Shown here piece after piece: positions 50,312 to 64,000 of a stretch of 64,000 nt of DNA. The notes below the pieces were generated by a model, which had not been told where the DNA came from, did not search any database, and worked only from the letters and a program-made list of their open reading frames with translations. Positions within the stretch are counted from its first letter, which is position 1, and every line of letters starts with the position of its first letter. Source of the stretch: Octopus sinensis. Lineage: Eukaryota. Location of the stretch: the NCBI RefSeq assembly GCF_006345805.1, contig NC_043001.1, forward strand, positions 23,126,001 through 23,190,000. The letters run 5' to 3'. Position numbers and translations under genes: made by a program.

Positions 50312-51760
50312 CTAAGGTGCCAAAGTACCTATGCTGAAGAAGATGTTTTGGGGTATAATGAGACTTGGAGACACTATATTTACAAGTCCCATTCTACCGA
50401 AAGTGTTGGAGAACAGCACAATCTGAGAGGTGATCAGCAGAGTGGCTGAGCAAGTTAGTGCTAGACTACAATTTTTTGAGGACTTCTTGGATGTTTTTAT
50501 GGACTTCCAGCAAATGCTCACAAAACCTACTTTACATATGTATTAACTCTTTTGTTATCAAATTTTTGAAGAAATGCAGTCTTTGTTTCAGTTAATTTTG
50601 AAAAAATACAGAGTTTATTAATATAATTTTGTTATTATGCAGATGACATTTGGACATACATTACCACAGAGTTTCATTGATAGGTTTTAATTTAGATCAC
50701 TTTAAAACAAAGAGTTTGTATCTTAGAATAGGGGGCAGTTTCAGATGTGTTGGTATCAAAAGTTAATCTCCACAAATCTTGAAGACTCTACAGCATATAA
50801 GGTTAGAGGAAATGTAGTGAGAGTGATTGATCACATTGACTGAAGGCTTGAACCTAACAGAATTAAAGGGAGATGTAAACATCATGGTTAGACCATATAG
50901 ATGTGCCCACATGGGATGTGTCTAGGGGCAAGCAAGCTCCTGACCAGAAGGTTACATAGAATCTTATCCTTGTTGAAGGACATGACTGGAGGCATGGAAA
51001 AAATGGGATCAATTGGAAAGCAGAAGGTGGAACTGTGAAACAGAGTGCTCTGAAGTGACTGAGTCACTTGAGAGGGTGAGGAGGGGAATCCAGACTCTGG
51101 GAGAGTGGTTGTTTGGCATAAGTGCAACAGGAGAGTTGATGGATTGAACTCAAGAGAGAGCAGTATTCACAACAGGTTGAAAGTACCTAAGTGAGAGAAA
51201 AAATTGATGCATGACTTGAAAATAAGTCATATCTTTGCTGTGGGGATAGAGAACTGGTGAGAGAGGTTGCCTCGATACAGTCACCAATGTAATGACCCAA
51301 TAGTTAAGGGGCAAACCTAGAAAACCTAGAAAAGTTAGGTTTAACAGGGCCAACAAACAAGTTGATGTGATTTGGATCATCTTGGTGCCAATAGCTATGC
51401 CACTCAGGTGTTGGTAGAACACATCAGAATAGGAAGAGCAATGAAGAATGAGAATGAATTCAGTTTGGATGAGGAGTGTACAGGTTGTGGGTTCAAATGT
51501 GTGGTGTTAAGGTCAAAGAAGTATTTCAGGACTGGTAGGTCATTGTCATTGTGGATGTAGGTAGACAAGGATTTGAGCTCTATAGAAATGAAGGATTTAC
51601 AAGGTCCAGAGGTGGGTGGTATGGTTAGTGTCCTTATGAAAGCAGTAGCCAGAAGGAGCATAATTTGGTTGAGATAGTTAAAGATTAGTTTGGCAAAAAA
51701 TAGGGTAGCTAAGAGCATTGGGCTTGGGAGTTTGGGAGGAGAGAGTAGATAATGGAAGTA
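50312..51760 (-). mobile_element. Degenerate Penelope-like element (RT and Cys linker)
   Basis: SIELKSLSTYIHND..VLKYFFDL resembles MDVKSLYTNI; FYQHLSGIAIGTKM resembles FYxQxxGxAMGTxM; many frameshifts. Confidence 0.75.
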
Positions 51761-53898
51761 TGGGGAGTTTGTGGTAAAGTTGATTACTGTAGGAGAAAGT
51801 AAATAGAAAGAAATTAGTTTTGTATAATGATGGAGAAATGTTTTAGATTTAAAATTATGCTGTTGCTGAGCAGTTTCTGGTAAAACTGTAATTCACTTAG
51901 ATGATGGAAGGTTTCTTTCATGTTGAGAGCCACCTAACAAACCATTACTATTTTACCCTTCTCAGCCAGTTTAATGAATATGTTACAAATCTGTTAGAAA
52001 TGACAGAGTTCAACTAGTTCTGGAGATATTAAAACAACTGTCACTTCTGGAAGGTAAAAATGATCCCAATTGTGATGACATTTTAGTTGGAATAGATTCA
52101 ATGAATTTTGAAGCACAAAATTGCTTTAGATATTCAGTTGCAACAATACTTATGCACATTATATCAAGCTCAAGACATTTCTCTATATTTGCAGCAACTT
52201 TTCAATGACTTAATAATTTGCTGTCCTGAAACAGTTTGCTTGTACTTGTTTGACTTTCTAATAGCTGGGATGTGAATTGATTTGGGTTAATAACCCATTA
52301 GTGCCCATTTTTTTAATTTATTTATTACCAAAACTCTTTTTTTATGCGACTTTATTTGATACTAAATATATAAAAAAAAATTTATTACAATATTTAAAAG
52401 ACACTCCTGTCTTAATGACTAACTAAAGATATCTCAGAAAAATACAGGTGTTTCAGAAATATGATGGATTCTTAAAAAAGGACCATAGGCGCTAATGGGT
52501 TTTAACCATATCAACTATGGTATCACATTAGCAATAACAAAACAGCTTGCTAAACTTATTGCTTATAAATAAATATATATTCCATTACCAAAAGAAATGG
52601 GTCAGATTTTAAGAAAATAATCTCAAGAATTTTGCTCAAATGACCAAGAAATTCTATGCCGATTAATTTCAGTTCTCACACTGTCTAGAAAAGATAAGGT
52701 TTGTAAATAAAGATAAAACCATTGCTAATGTTTTTACTTATTTTCCCCCTGTGCAATTGGCCCATTTCAGGCCCAATTAGTGTACTGGTCAAAAGATAGT
52801 ATACATAGTTTTTATATAATGAATAACAATTTAAAATTTGAAAATGATGCTAAGTTTCAGAAGCTTAAAGATGATTATCATCAACTTTCAATGATTTTTA
52901 AGATCTCTTAAACATTGCATAATCCACCAATGGAAACTATCTAAAATTGAACAACTTCAAACATATCAGAAGCAACATCAAATATAAGACAATAAGCATG
53001 CTGGTTTAGAGGGCTGTGATGATAAAGATTTTTTTCCCTATTTTTTTTTTCTTTTTCTTTCTTGAAAATCAAAGAATTTAATGCATTTAATATTGATGTA
53101 TGGAATACCAGCTCTGAAGTTGCAGTATTTTGCATATGGTAATACATTGCCAGTATTTCTAACTAAAACATTCAGTATTCCTGTCTTCAAAATCTTTTAG
53201 AAATTTTCAAGGATCAAAAGCTGACAATTTCATGTAACAAAATTTCCTAATTGACTCAGTTCAGAACAAAACTTCCTAAACCTCAAACAGTTTATTTTTT
53301 CACCAGTTTTCACTATCATGTATCAATGGTGAAGCAGTGCATTTACTGCAAAAGATATATATACTTTATCATCATCACCATCATCAGCAAATATTTTCTT
53401 ACAAAGACTGTATTGGAAATATTCAAATGATTTGTTAATGGCAGTCTTTTCATATCAAGAGATGACTATATCGGCTGATTTACAAATTCATGAATGAGAT
53501 GAAGTCTGAAGATGCTAATTCTGACAGCATATTGCATGTACCAACCAATCAAGATTCAGAAGCTGAAAAATAAATTGAATTTGTTTACTATTAGAAGACC
53601 TAAATTATTTGATGTGATTTATAAAACTTAATGTTTCAAACCATCAGAAAATGTTCTCTGAAGAAAGTGAAGGTAAATGAAACTTTTTATTTTTAGCTTT
53701 AGTTCAACATACATCTATAGATCCAGTACTTGGACACATTGTCATTTTTATATCACGGACTCAGTCAGTATCTAGGTCTTACAACATACACCCTCATCCA
53801 AATGACCCAGCATAAGTTGATTAAGCCTAAGCCTGTGTCAAAGCAGCATTCTGTTAACCCTACCAATCACTTTCCAACTTTATCAGCAGCCTCTATAG

Positions 53899-54159
53899 CA
53901 GTTGTTCTCAACCATTCTTTGCCAATAGACCCCTTTGATTCCTATTTTACTCATCAGGTGGGACACTCGTAGTCATTCAATGTTTAAAAACTCCACTTAT
54001 ATTTTTTTATGATTAGATATTATTTAGAATTGTATTAAAAATGTTTAAATATTTTGTGTATTGTAGAGTTATAACCAATTTATTGCATATAAATTTTAAC
54101 AAAATCCTATATGACTCCACCACCCCAAGGGCCAAATAGACTCCAGTTGAGAACCACTT
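53899..54159. mobile_element. hAT MITE, same family as 18067, with 8-bp TSD
   Basis: cagttgttctcaac...gttgagaaccactt; CTCTATAG at 53891-53898 and 54160-54167. Confidence 0.85.
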
Positions 54160-55378
54160 CTCTATAGCCTATACACTGTTTTTGAAGGCTCTTCTGCTCA
54201 TTTTGGAATATATATTTATATTTTTATATAAGCATGGATATTCTGGACTATCAACCTCAAGTTTATTTTTTCTACCTACAGTGTCTCAAATCTTCCATTT
54301 TTAACATCCATTTTATACATATCCAAATTGTCTCCACATATATATACATATGAAATTGTCTCTAGGCATATGCATATCATCTCTACATGTCTATAAAACA
54401 TTAAGCTAAATTCAAAACTCAGAACCTTTGTTTCTACCACAAGATTTTAATGCTTTAATTCACTGCGCTACAGTTCTTACAGGATGCTGTAACTCTATTA
54501 CAAAGACTTTTTAAATAGAATGGCTTTGCTACTATGATAAATAACCATATGATAGTACAGGTAATAAGTAATATGTCAAGTGGGAATCTTGCACTTAGTC
54601 TGACTTGAGTAAAAGATTGATTTTTTTTTTATATTGATAACAAAATGAACTATATTTATGTTAACTGATGTAATTTTTTGTACACAAACAGGCCATTTCA
54701 TAATCTGATCAAAGTTAACAAAAGAATTTGAATGTTTACAAGTAAACTTTACAATATAAAAGCAAAAAATTAGGATGAAGTTATATGAATACTTAAGAAA
54801 TCATTTAACAATGATTAACTTCTATACAAATCAAAGAGGTCCATATAACCACTGCTTAATTCCAAATTTTAGTATAAAACAAATGAAAGAGGAATTTTCC
54901 TTCTTGACTGGATAATGGTCTACAGGTAGTAACATCCTCATAACATCACATAACTATTTCCTATCCTTACATGAAATGATATACAACATAGAACCATGAA
55001 ATCTACCCGGAACACAGTAAAATACAACAATTACAAATTCTTCAAAACCAGAACTGATAGTTTAATATCTTACCCACTTAATCATTTTTACCTCTGGATA
55101 ATCCAGTTAGGTAATAATAAATTCAAACCAAAACCAAGGTGAACCTACATAAATTAAAGTATTACTTTATTATATATTCAAGAATATATAATAAATTATG
55201 GTATTAACCACCACAGTTTAAATCTTTAAATTCTTTTTATTTCACAAACATTTATACAATGAAAAAGAAATCAAAATTTGCAAATTATAATTTTTTGTTT
55301 TCGCTAACCTAAAACATTTATTTGCTATTAAAGAGTGTTTGATATTGTCATCTACAGTTCATATACAATCACACACAC

Positions 55379-55426
<48 letters not shown>

Positions 55427-55510
55427 ATGTGGTGGTTTAATAAAGTATGTGATTGAGTATTATCTGGTAATTGATATTTGATTTAGATGTATTTCTCCAT
55501 TTTCTTATCT

Positions 55511-55557
<47 letters not shown>

Positions 55558-55724
55558 CTAACAATTTTACTCAGCTCCACATGACTTGAAGTTTCATGGG
55601 TTTGTAGGACACATTCATTTCCTCAGATGACCAAAAGTAGTGTTTACTGCCTCTAGATATGTGTTCCACATGCCCATGAAATAAAGGCATGTCACACTGA
55701 GTCAAGCTGTTATTAAATACAAGT

Positions 55725-56030
55725 TTTTTTTTGTTTTTCTTTTTGTTCCTTCTCGAGCCATGCCTGGCTCATAAGGGCCGATTTCCCAGTTTCCTTGGTG
55801 TATAGGTTCCCCACCTGGATGGGATGCCGGTCCGTCGCAGGTGAGTTGCTAGATGCAGGAGGAAGGAGTGAGAGAAAGTTGTGGCGAAAGAGTCAGCAGA
55901 AGTTCACCATTACCTTCTGCCAGAGCCGCGTGGAGCGTAGGTGCTTCGCTCATAAACACACACATCACCCGGTCTGAGATTCAAACCCGTGATCCTTCAA
56001 CCGCGAGTCCGCTGCTCTAACCACTAGGCC
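55725..56030 (-). mobile_element. Full-length tRNA-derived SINE with 13-bp TSD
   Basis: A box tggcctagtgg, B-box-like ggtttgaatct, A-rich tail; attaaatacaagt at 55712-55724 and 56031-56043. Confidence 0.9.
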
Positions 56031-58169
56031 ATTAAATACAAGTAAATCCAACTAAATGTGTTGTGTGCTACTCTTTCTTGTGTGTGTGAGTGTGTGTGTG
56101 TATTCTTTTATTCTTATACTTGCTTCAGTCACTAGACTGTGGCCATACTGTGGCACTGCTCTGTAGGTTTTCTTGAACAAATCAATCGCCTGCACTTGTT
56201 TTTAAGCCTGGTCTTTACTTTATCAGTCACTCTTAACAGGACTGCTACATTAGAGGGACATAAACAAACCAACACTTGCTATCAAGTGGTGGTGACAGGG
56301 CAAATACAAAAACATGCACACATAGATATATACATGCATACATATATATGATGGACGTCTTTCAGTTTCTGTCTACCAAATCCACTCACAAGGCTTTGGT
56401 TGGCCCTGGACTATAGTAGAAGACACTTGCCCAATGTATCACAGAGAGGGATTGAACCCAGAACTATGAGGTTGAGAAGCTTCTTACCACACAGCCACAG
56501 CTGAAACTACATAAAAAGAAGGATATTTCAAAAACCCCTTTCCAGATTACTAATTTTCAGTTATTTTCATTAATTATCTAATTTTTGCATTTACAAGCGT
56601 CTCTTCCCTATCTAAAGGAACAGACTGCAATTAAATACATTAAATAACATTCAATTGAGCAATACAAACTTCAATAATTTCCAATTGCTAGTCAAATCTC
56701 TTTCATTCTTTAAAAATTACTCAGAGATCAACTAATTGGAATGTTCATCAATCTTGTTAAATGTTTCAAAACCATCTGATTTTAATGATTTTGCAGGTTT
56801 TTTTTAATGAATTTTGTTTTAAATTTTATTTTAACTTTTGTCCAGTAGAAGTAAAGATTAAATCAATATTTTATTAGAAAAGTCGATTTTTGCAATTCTT
56901 CAAGAGAATCATATTAATTTTACTTTTTCTATTTTTTGTTTGCTTTTTTCCTTCTTTAGTTCAATCTATTTACATTGAATAAATATGTAAAATTAATGGA
57001 AAAACAAATATATAAATAAAACTCACTTGACCTTTATGTGGGCAGTGGAGATAAGTGAGATGCTAAAGTAATAGAAATTACACAGAGTGGCCAGAGGCAT
57101 GTATATGAACAACAGAGGCAAATACAGGTGTATCAAATACCATACAATATAAATTCATGATTTATTAAAATTATCTCTCCCTCTAGAGTATAGCTCCACT
57201 TGAAAAGGGGAGATAATCTCAAGAATCAAGGATTCTCAAAAGCTGACATGCCATGAAGGAAAAGGATAGTTTTAAGAGAACAGTCGTGAACATGTGTAAT
57301 TTTCTGGAAATTCCTTCCTATGTTTTCTTTCCAATACCTAACAAAAGGTCATTCAAATTAAGTACTACCTTCTCCCAGTAATTATCTCACAATATTCTTG
57401 GAAGATTTGAATAGGATATGCATATGGGTCACCCTCCTTAGAAAAACACCAAAAAAAAGGGTTGTTATATTAAAAGGTTCTTTGATAACTACTGAATGCT
57501 CTGACTTTAAGTATTGTATCATTGGCTTATGGCAAAATATCTGCAAACTATTGACAATAGCTGAAAATTGAAGGTTCATGATGAAGAAACAGGTGAACTA
57601 AGAAACTGGATTTGTATAGCAGAAATTGATTTTCTGTGAGTGTCTCACAATTTTTTAGCATTAACACAATTCCCTTCAAAAGACTTTGTAAAAGACAAAA
57701 AAATTTTTAAAAAGAGATAACATAGAGATCCTCTTCTTCAGTGGAAGAATATTATATTATGTTATCAATTCAGAATAGGGAGGTTAACCCCATTCTTTCA
57801 GAAATATAAACTGTGATTTATCAGACAAGAACTTTTCAGTAAGAATCCTACTACAATTGTCTATAATTTAAAATGACATTATGCTTTTAGTGATAGTTTA
57901 AACTATTCAACTCCAACCCACCAAAACTACCTCTACTAGAATTAAATTGTTATCTTGAATGAAATGTTATTATTAACATGAAAGATAATTAGATTTTAAT
58001 TAGTAAACACTTGTTGTTTATTAAGTTGAGAGTTATTTTTTCCCCCAATTCACCCACTCATACGCAATTCTTTATTATTTTGAGGTCTAAAACAAAGGCA
58101 TTTTATTCTTGTCAGAAATATAATTGCAGAAGTGTTTATACACTGATTTTTTTTAATGGGTAAAAGACT

Positions 58170-58490
58170 AAAGACCTCCTTCAGTCATGAATGACTATGA
58201 AATTGCAGTTACTCTTTGAGGCACAAGTCCAGGGACAAAGTTGTTTATGGACGACCAGCAGTCACCCATGCACAACAGCTTCCTCTCTCCATACCATCGA
58301 TGTTATCCAAGGAAAAGGAAAAGCCCACTACAGCTTTGGACCAGCAATGTTACGAATCTTTTCTACAGCTGAGTGAACTGGAGCAACGTGAAATAAAGTG
58401 TGTTGCTCAAGAACACAACATGCAGCCTGGTCTGGGAATCGAACTCACAACCTCATGATTGTGAGCTCAATACTCTAACCACTGAGCCTT
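58170..58490 (-). mobile_element. tRNA-derived SINE with a CORE-like central domain
   Basis: Minus strand ggctcagtggttagagtattgagctcacaatcatgaggttgtgagttcgattccc head, then ttgagcaacacactttatttcacgttgctccagttcactcagctgta. Confidence 0.75.
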
Positions 58491-59068
58491 AAGAGACATT
58501 GTCAACTTCTGTGAGAGAGGAATATAATCAAATAAATTAACAGTGTCTGAATAAGTATTTACAGGAAGGGCATCCTGGCGTTAGGAAGGGCATCCAGCCG
58601 AAGAAACATTGCCAGATCAGACTGGGCCTGGTGCAGCCTTCTGGCTTCCCAAACCCCAGTTGCACCGTCCAACCCATGCCAGCATGGAAAGCGGACGCTA
58701 AACGATGATGATGATGATTTATCAAATCAAAAGAGTGGAATGGCAAAGGTAACCTTGTTCTAATTTGAACACAGAACCAAGAAAGATGAAACTGAGTAAT
58801 ATAATGCATTATATTTGGTTTTCTTCTTTCAATAAACATCTGATAAATGTTTCTACTCAGGTTACAAACAATATTGTTAATCTTTTACTTGTTTCGCTTA
58901 TTGAACTGTGAACATGCTGTAGCACCAGTCTGAAAGGTTCAGTCAAATCAACTGACGGCAATACTTATTTTTAAGTCTGGTACTTACCCTATCAATCTCT
59001 TTTGCCAAACCAATAAGTTACAGGGACGTAAACAATCTAAAACCCATTTTCAAAGAGTGGTGAGAATC

Positions 59069-59099
<31 letters not shown>

Positions 59100-61285
59100 A
59101 ACACACACACATAATGGGCTTCCACAGTTTTCCACCAACCAAATTCACTCACAAAACATTGGTTAGTCTGATGCAATATAAAATACTTGCCCAAAGTACC
59201 ACACAGTGGGACTGAACCTGAAACTACATAGTTGCAAAGCCAACTTCTTAACCACATTTTTATATGGGAAAACATTTTTTTTTTAAATTTGTGTACTAAA
59301 TCAAATAAATCTATGTTGGATGAAAAGCCCAATATTTTCCTCAGAGAATCACAAAATAACTGTATTTTTCACTTGTCAATAACACCCACAACGATCAGTC
59401 TGAAATTCACAAATATAGATCAATCATCAACACACAAAATCAATACTATATGTTAAAAATTCTATCCTATCAGTCTCAATTCAATCAAACAAAAACACAC
59501 ATATATCAAATTAACTACAAAATTTAGGGTTGTCAATCACCACAAGTCATTTCAAAGGAATTGAAATTACCATGCACCAACTAAATCCAACTTGTTTATT
59601 TCTGCTGTTGTCACTACCAGTTTTCAATCATACTAAAGTACAATGGAAATTAAAATACATGCAACATGCCCTGACTGTTATGTCACATATCACACAGCCA
59701 AACCCTACATGGCAGATGGTACAAAATGACCACTACACAGACAAAAGTATGTGAAACCCTTATGCCTGCTTCTAAATATTGAGTCTTTTTAGTCTGTTGA
59801 AACAAAAAAAAAATTTTTTATGGGAATTCTGAACAAGAACAAGACCTATATTTATCAGTATTTGGAAAATAATTATGAACTTCAGTATGAAATGATCTTA
59901 TCAAGGGCCTGCAGCCTCAATCCCCATTGAAGTTGACTGTCATGGTTTCCCAGCAAGATAAGTGTCCTGTTTCTTGCAGAAGATTGGTTTGAAACCCAAA
60001 TAACTGAAAAATCCATGGGGGAGATAGCCATGCAACTAAGACCATCTCAAGGTGGTTACAATTGACAAATCATTGCAGTTGGAACCCTTCAACAGACAAA
60101 GGCTAATTTGTCCTTGCTTCACTCAAGCAAAGAATACAGGCTAAGGAACATAACATTTATGACCCTGAAATACCTGCTGAAGGTAAAGAAGAGTTTCCAA
60201 CATTGTGACAGCTTTAGTCAGCACCAGGAGAAGAGGTTTAAATAGCTCCCACAGTTTCTGCTTGGGGCACAAAACATTTCTGATGTTTATTTCAGATATG
60301 AGAGGGTTTCTAACTTGTAATAGTTTTAGTCACCACCAGAAAAGAGCTTACAACCTCATTAAGTAGTTTCTGTTGTTTCTTCATGGGGAAAAGAATCTCT
60401 GATATTTATTTCACTTGTTAAAAGAACTTTCAAGACATATTGGAAAACGTGTATTTTACATGTGTACTATTTGCCTATCCACTAAAAATATTGTCATCAT
60501 CTGATTCATTATTTCCGCTTGGATCACAAACCATACACATTATTTGAAAGTTGCTTAACTGTTTTGAAATGAAATCTATAACAATTGAATATGAAAAGTA
60601 TGAGTAAACACATAACCTATAAATGATGAACAGGAAAAGACATTGTAAACATGGGTAACTTTTGAGTATCATAATCCATTGTGGGCTGTAATGACACAAG
60701 TGAAGACTTTGTCTCTGTATAATTTATTTAGAACAAGTCTGGCAAAAGCCAGTCATTGCTAAGCTATATTCAAAAGACTTGAACACAAGTAAAAAGTTTG
60801 CAAGATACTGATCAATTTTGCAGTGCAATTTGTAGTTAAAAAATATATTATTGTGTGATAGATATGCAAACTGGGTCATTAAGAGTAAAGTGTCCTGGTC
60901 ATAGAAATAGTACAGTAATAATGACATCATTGAAACCACTAGTCTCTTGGTTAGTAGACTGATCGATTTAGCTATCTTCAGCTTTCAAACAGAAGTATAG
61001 ACAGAAATTGAAAGCAGGGTTTAACAGAGTCAAAAACTGCAAACAAAAGTAAACATTTAAAGAAACCAACAACAAAAGTGAACATTCAAAGGAACTGACA
61101 ACAGAGGTAAACATGGAAGAAATTAACAACAAAGGTGAACATTGAAAGAAACACTACATAAAGGTAGGGTAACTGTAACCAGAAATGAACAAGTACAGAA
61201 ATTGTAAACAGAAATAGGAATGATTACAGGTGAGACAGAGACAAAAATAAGAAGGGACAGAGAGAGAAACTGTAAATGTGGTGTA

Positions 61286-61900
61286 TACAGTGACTGAAAA
61301 ACTGTACACATAAATGACACAGAATGTAATGCGGAATGTACAGTGACTGAAAAACTGTACATATAAGTGACAGAGTATGTAAGGTGGAAAAATTGTACAT
61401 GTAAGTGACAGAGTATGTAATGTGGAATGTACAGTCACTAATAAACTGTACACATAAGTGACACAGAATGTAATGCGGAATGTACAGTGACTGAAAAACT
61501 GTACATATAAGTGACAGAGTATGTAAGGTGGAAAAATTGTACATGTAAGTGACAGAGTATGTAATGTGGAATGTACAGTCACTAATAAACTGTACACATA
61601 AGTGACACAGAATGTAATGTGAAATTTACAGTAACTGAAAAACTGTATACATAAGTGACAGAGTGTGTAATGTGGAGTATACAGGGATTGAAACTGTATG
61701 CATGTGATAGTATATGGTACAGTAAGTGAAACTGTACACATAAGTATGCATGTAATGTTGAGGATACAGGCACTGAAACTGTACAGATATTTGATGGAGT
61801 TTGTAATATTGAGTGTACAGTGAGTGAAACTGTACACATAAGTGACAGGGTGTAATGTTGTATGTACAGGGGTTGAAACTGCACGCAAAGTATATATAGG
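61286..61900. repeat. ~53-bp minisatellite with a 144-bp higher-order repeat
   Basis: Unit starts at 61331, 61384, 61422 and 61475 (53+38+53); the 144-bp period recurs at 61475 and 61619. Confidence 0.9.
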
Positions 61901-62945
61901 TGACATTGTATAATGTCGAGTGCACTTTGATAAAGGAATCAGACAACTGTTTTCTAAAGACTGAAAATTGTTATAATGAAGCCAAAACAAATAAATCAAA
62001 CTTAGGAAGCTTAATGGTTGTGGGAAGGAGAACAGATCAAATATTTTTGCTATTACAGCAAATAAACTAGCAAATGGTATGTAATACGGCATGTTATTTG
62101 CCCAGCCGTCAATGTTTCATTAACTATAATGAACGGAGTAACAGAGCCAAGTGATCTTTTCACATTTAGACATTTAGAGGCACAACATGAATATTAATTT
62201 CCAAGGCTGTCAAACACATAAAGAACCTATTTCAAAAGTGGAAACCAAAGAAATAAAAAATACTTCATGTTTTTGTTTGTTCTTTTCTTTTCTCTCAATA
62301 AATAAACCACATATCCAGCTTCAGGTTAAAAACAAGGTTTCAGTTACAGACACAGTGTGCCCAAATGTGTATATTGAGATTGTGCTGTCAAACAAAGTAT
62401 ACTGTCCTTTAAAAATATGTCATTTGTTTTATAAAACAAATCCTTAATACTTTTTTTTTTTATCAAAAGCCATGAAGTTGTAATGCTAAAATGTTATTCT
62501 CACTGGACAAATTTTTTAAAAATCATATCACCCTTGAATAACTAGCATTAAATTCAGCTCTCTTTACATATATTTCGCAAGCCATTGTAGTAGAAAAACA
62601 ATCTAATTTGTGACAGATGTAAAATTAAATTTCATTCTTACACTTTTATCTCTTCCTCTTTCTCTTGTTAATTTGGAATTATATTCTCTAATTAAAATAT
62701 GGTACAAATTATAGTAATGATGAAAAACAGTAGTTTTCTAATAAATAACCCACTTATTTTCCTGTACAACTTTTATTCTAACTTCACAAGGTTATAAATA
62801 AACAAAAAGGAACAAATTTTACTTCAAGTTTCAATATGATGTGATGTTAGTTCTTATAGACATTTGTAACCCCAGTTTAGACATCTAGTTTATAAAAGAG
62901 TTTTAAAAATTATCACATAAGCCTAAAAATCAAGATATTTTTAGC

Positions 62946-63296
62946 AATATGTCACAAACATATTTTAACTAACCTAAAGTTTGCTAATGCCTAAACACTG
63001 CTTGGTGCTGATACTGCTTAATTTCTCTCAACTTGTCCAATAGTGCAACCCAGTCAATGTTGTTGATTATGTTTCAGCTATGACTTTAAATTTGCCCAGA
63101 GCTACCCAACTTCAGTATTTTCCATTGATAACAACTAAAGAGCTAGAAATGCTGTGTTTGGGAATCTGATAGAAGGCAACACTGGGCAGTGTTTTTACCA
63201 TTAGAGGGAATTTTTATCTCCATGGTAACTGCAGTGAATTTGCCTTTAGAAGTTGAAATATGTCACAAACATATTTTAACTAACCTAAAGTTTGCT
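62946..63296. repeat. Perfect 40-bp direct repeat flanking a 271-bp insert
   Basis: aatatgtcacaaacatattttaactaacctaaagtttgct at 62946-62985 and 63257-63296. Confidence 0.9.
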
Positions 63297-64000
63297 TTTA
63301 ACAATCATTATGTCATACTTGAAGCATATTTACTGATGAAAGTCTTCTAAACTGCATTATTTGTCTCAAGAATGCATCTCTTATAAACATGTCATAGTCT
63401 CTTAAAAAAGAAAAAACAAATATTACAGCAGGTGATGCCACAAATGGGCAATTTTTGCCTGCTGCACCTTAACACTATATGTCTAAGAGATATTTTCTCA
63501 AGATGAATATCAGAGTTTAGAAAGCTTTCAGCAATAAATATACTTTAAGTATGATAAATAAATCCCTAATTTGAAGTAATACTGCTTCCACTGCAAGTAA
63601 CAAGTAGTTTTTTTTTTTTGTTTTTTTCTGTTTTGCAAAATATATTTTACGACATGAAATATGTTTCATTACTATAACTATGAATAATTTCTAAAATCAA
63701 TCTTAACTTTCAAATTTCAAATAAAGTTTTGGCCTAATAAAATTCTCTTTCCAAATGCTTTGATAAATTACTTTGATGGTGTTGTTTAAAACAAGTGACT
63801 AAACGAAGCAGAATTAACAAATTTAATCAATTAGAATGGAGTTGTGTCATCACTGAAAGATTTAATTTCATGTAACAAGTCAATCTAGCAGCACCCATTC
63901 TTCTCCAAAGATGTGCATACAGTTAATTAACAAAGTGCATCAGAATGCATTTTTTTCTTGTTATTTTCTTGATTTTCTGAGGAATAAAGCTGAGAAAACT

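Noticed and set aside
53503-53535. CTGAAGA followed by a tgct/agca stem
   Set aside because: No GAAA or stem I, so not a hammerhead
55960-56030. tRNA gene
   Set aside because: tRNA-like head of a SINE with a tail and TSD; no complete cloverleaf
59960-60250. Plus-strand exon-like segment (VLFLAEDWFETQ...)
   Set aside because: Interrupted by stops; more likely a decayed LINE endonuclease, too weak to call
61154-62092. 312-aa ORF
   Set aside because: Read-through of the tandem repeat; no recognisable domain or splice support

Overview
AT-rich, CpG-depleted, repeat-dominated eukaryotic DNA. The repeat repertoire (RTE LINEs with (GAT)n tails, tRNA-derived SINEs, Penelope-like elements, DD37D mariner, dense TA/CA/TAA microsatellites) looks like a coleoid cephalopod, probably Octopus; this is an inference. 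No complete host gene is present. The best host signal is one minus-strand exon (46476-46637) with strong splice sites, so much of the window is probably intron or flank. Almost all listed ORFs are TE remnants or microsatellite read-through. Most notable observations: (1) intact minimal type I hammerhead ribozyme folds tied to Penelope-like sequence (31010-31052, 28639-28673) plus decayed copies; (2) a ~210-bp hairpin (37894-38106) whose arm differences are mostly G-U wobbles on the minus strand only, which could be fossil A-to-I editing or RNA-structure selection; (3) two further long near-perfect foldbacks (27771-28460, 37425-37649); (4) an RFX X-box plus CCAAT module and a CpG-rich promoter-like patch; (5) a 53+38+53 bp higher-order minisatellite. 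All calls were made by eye, with no database searches.
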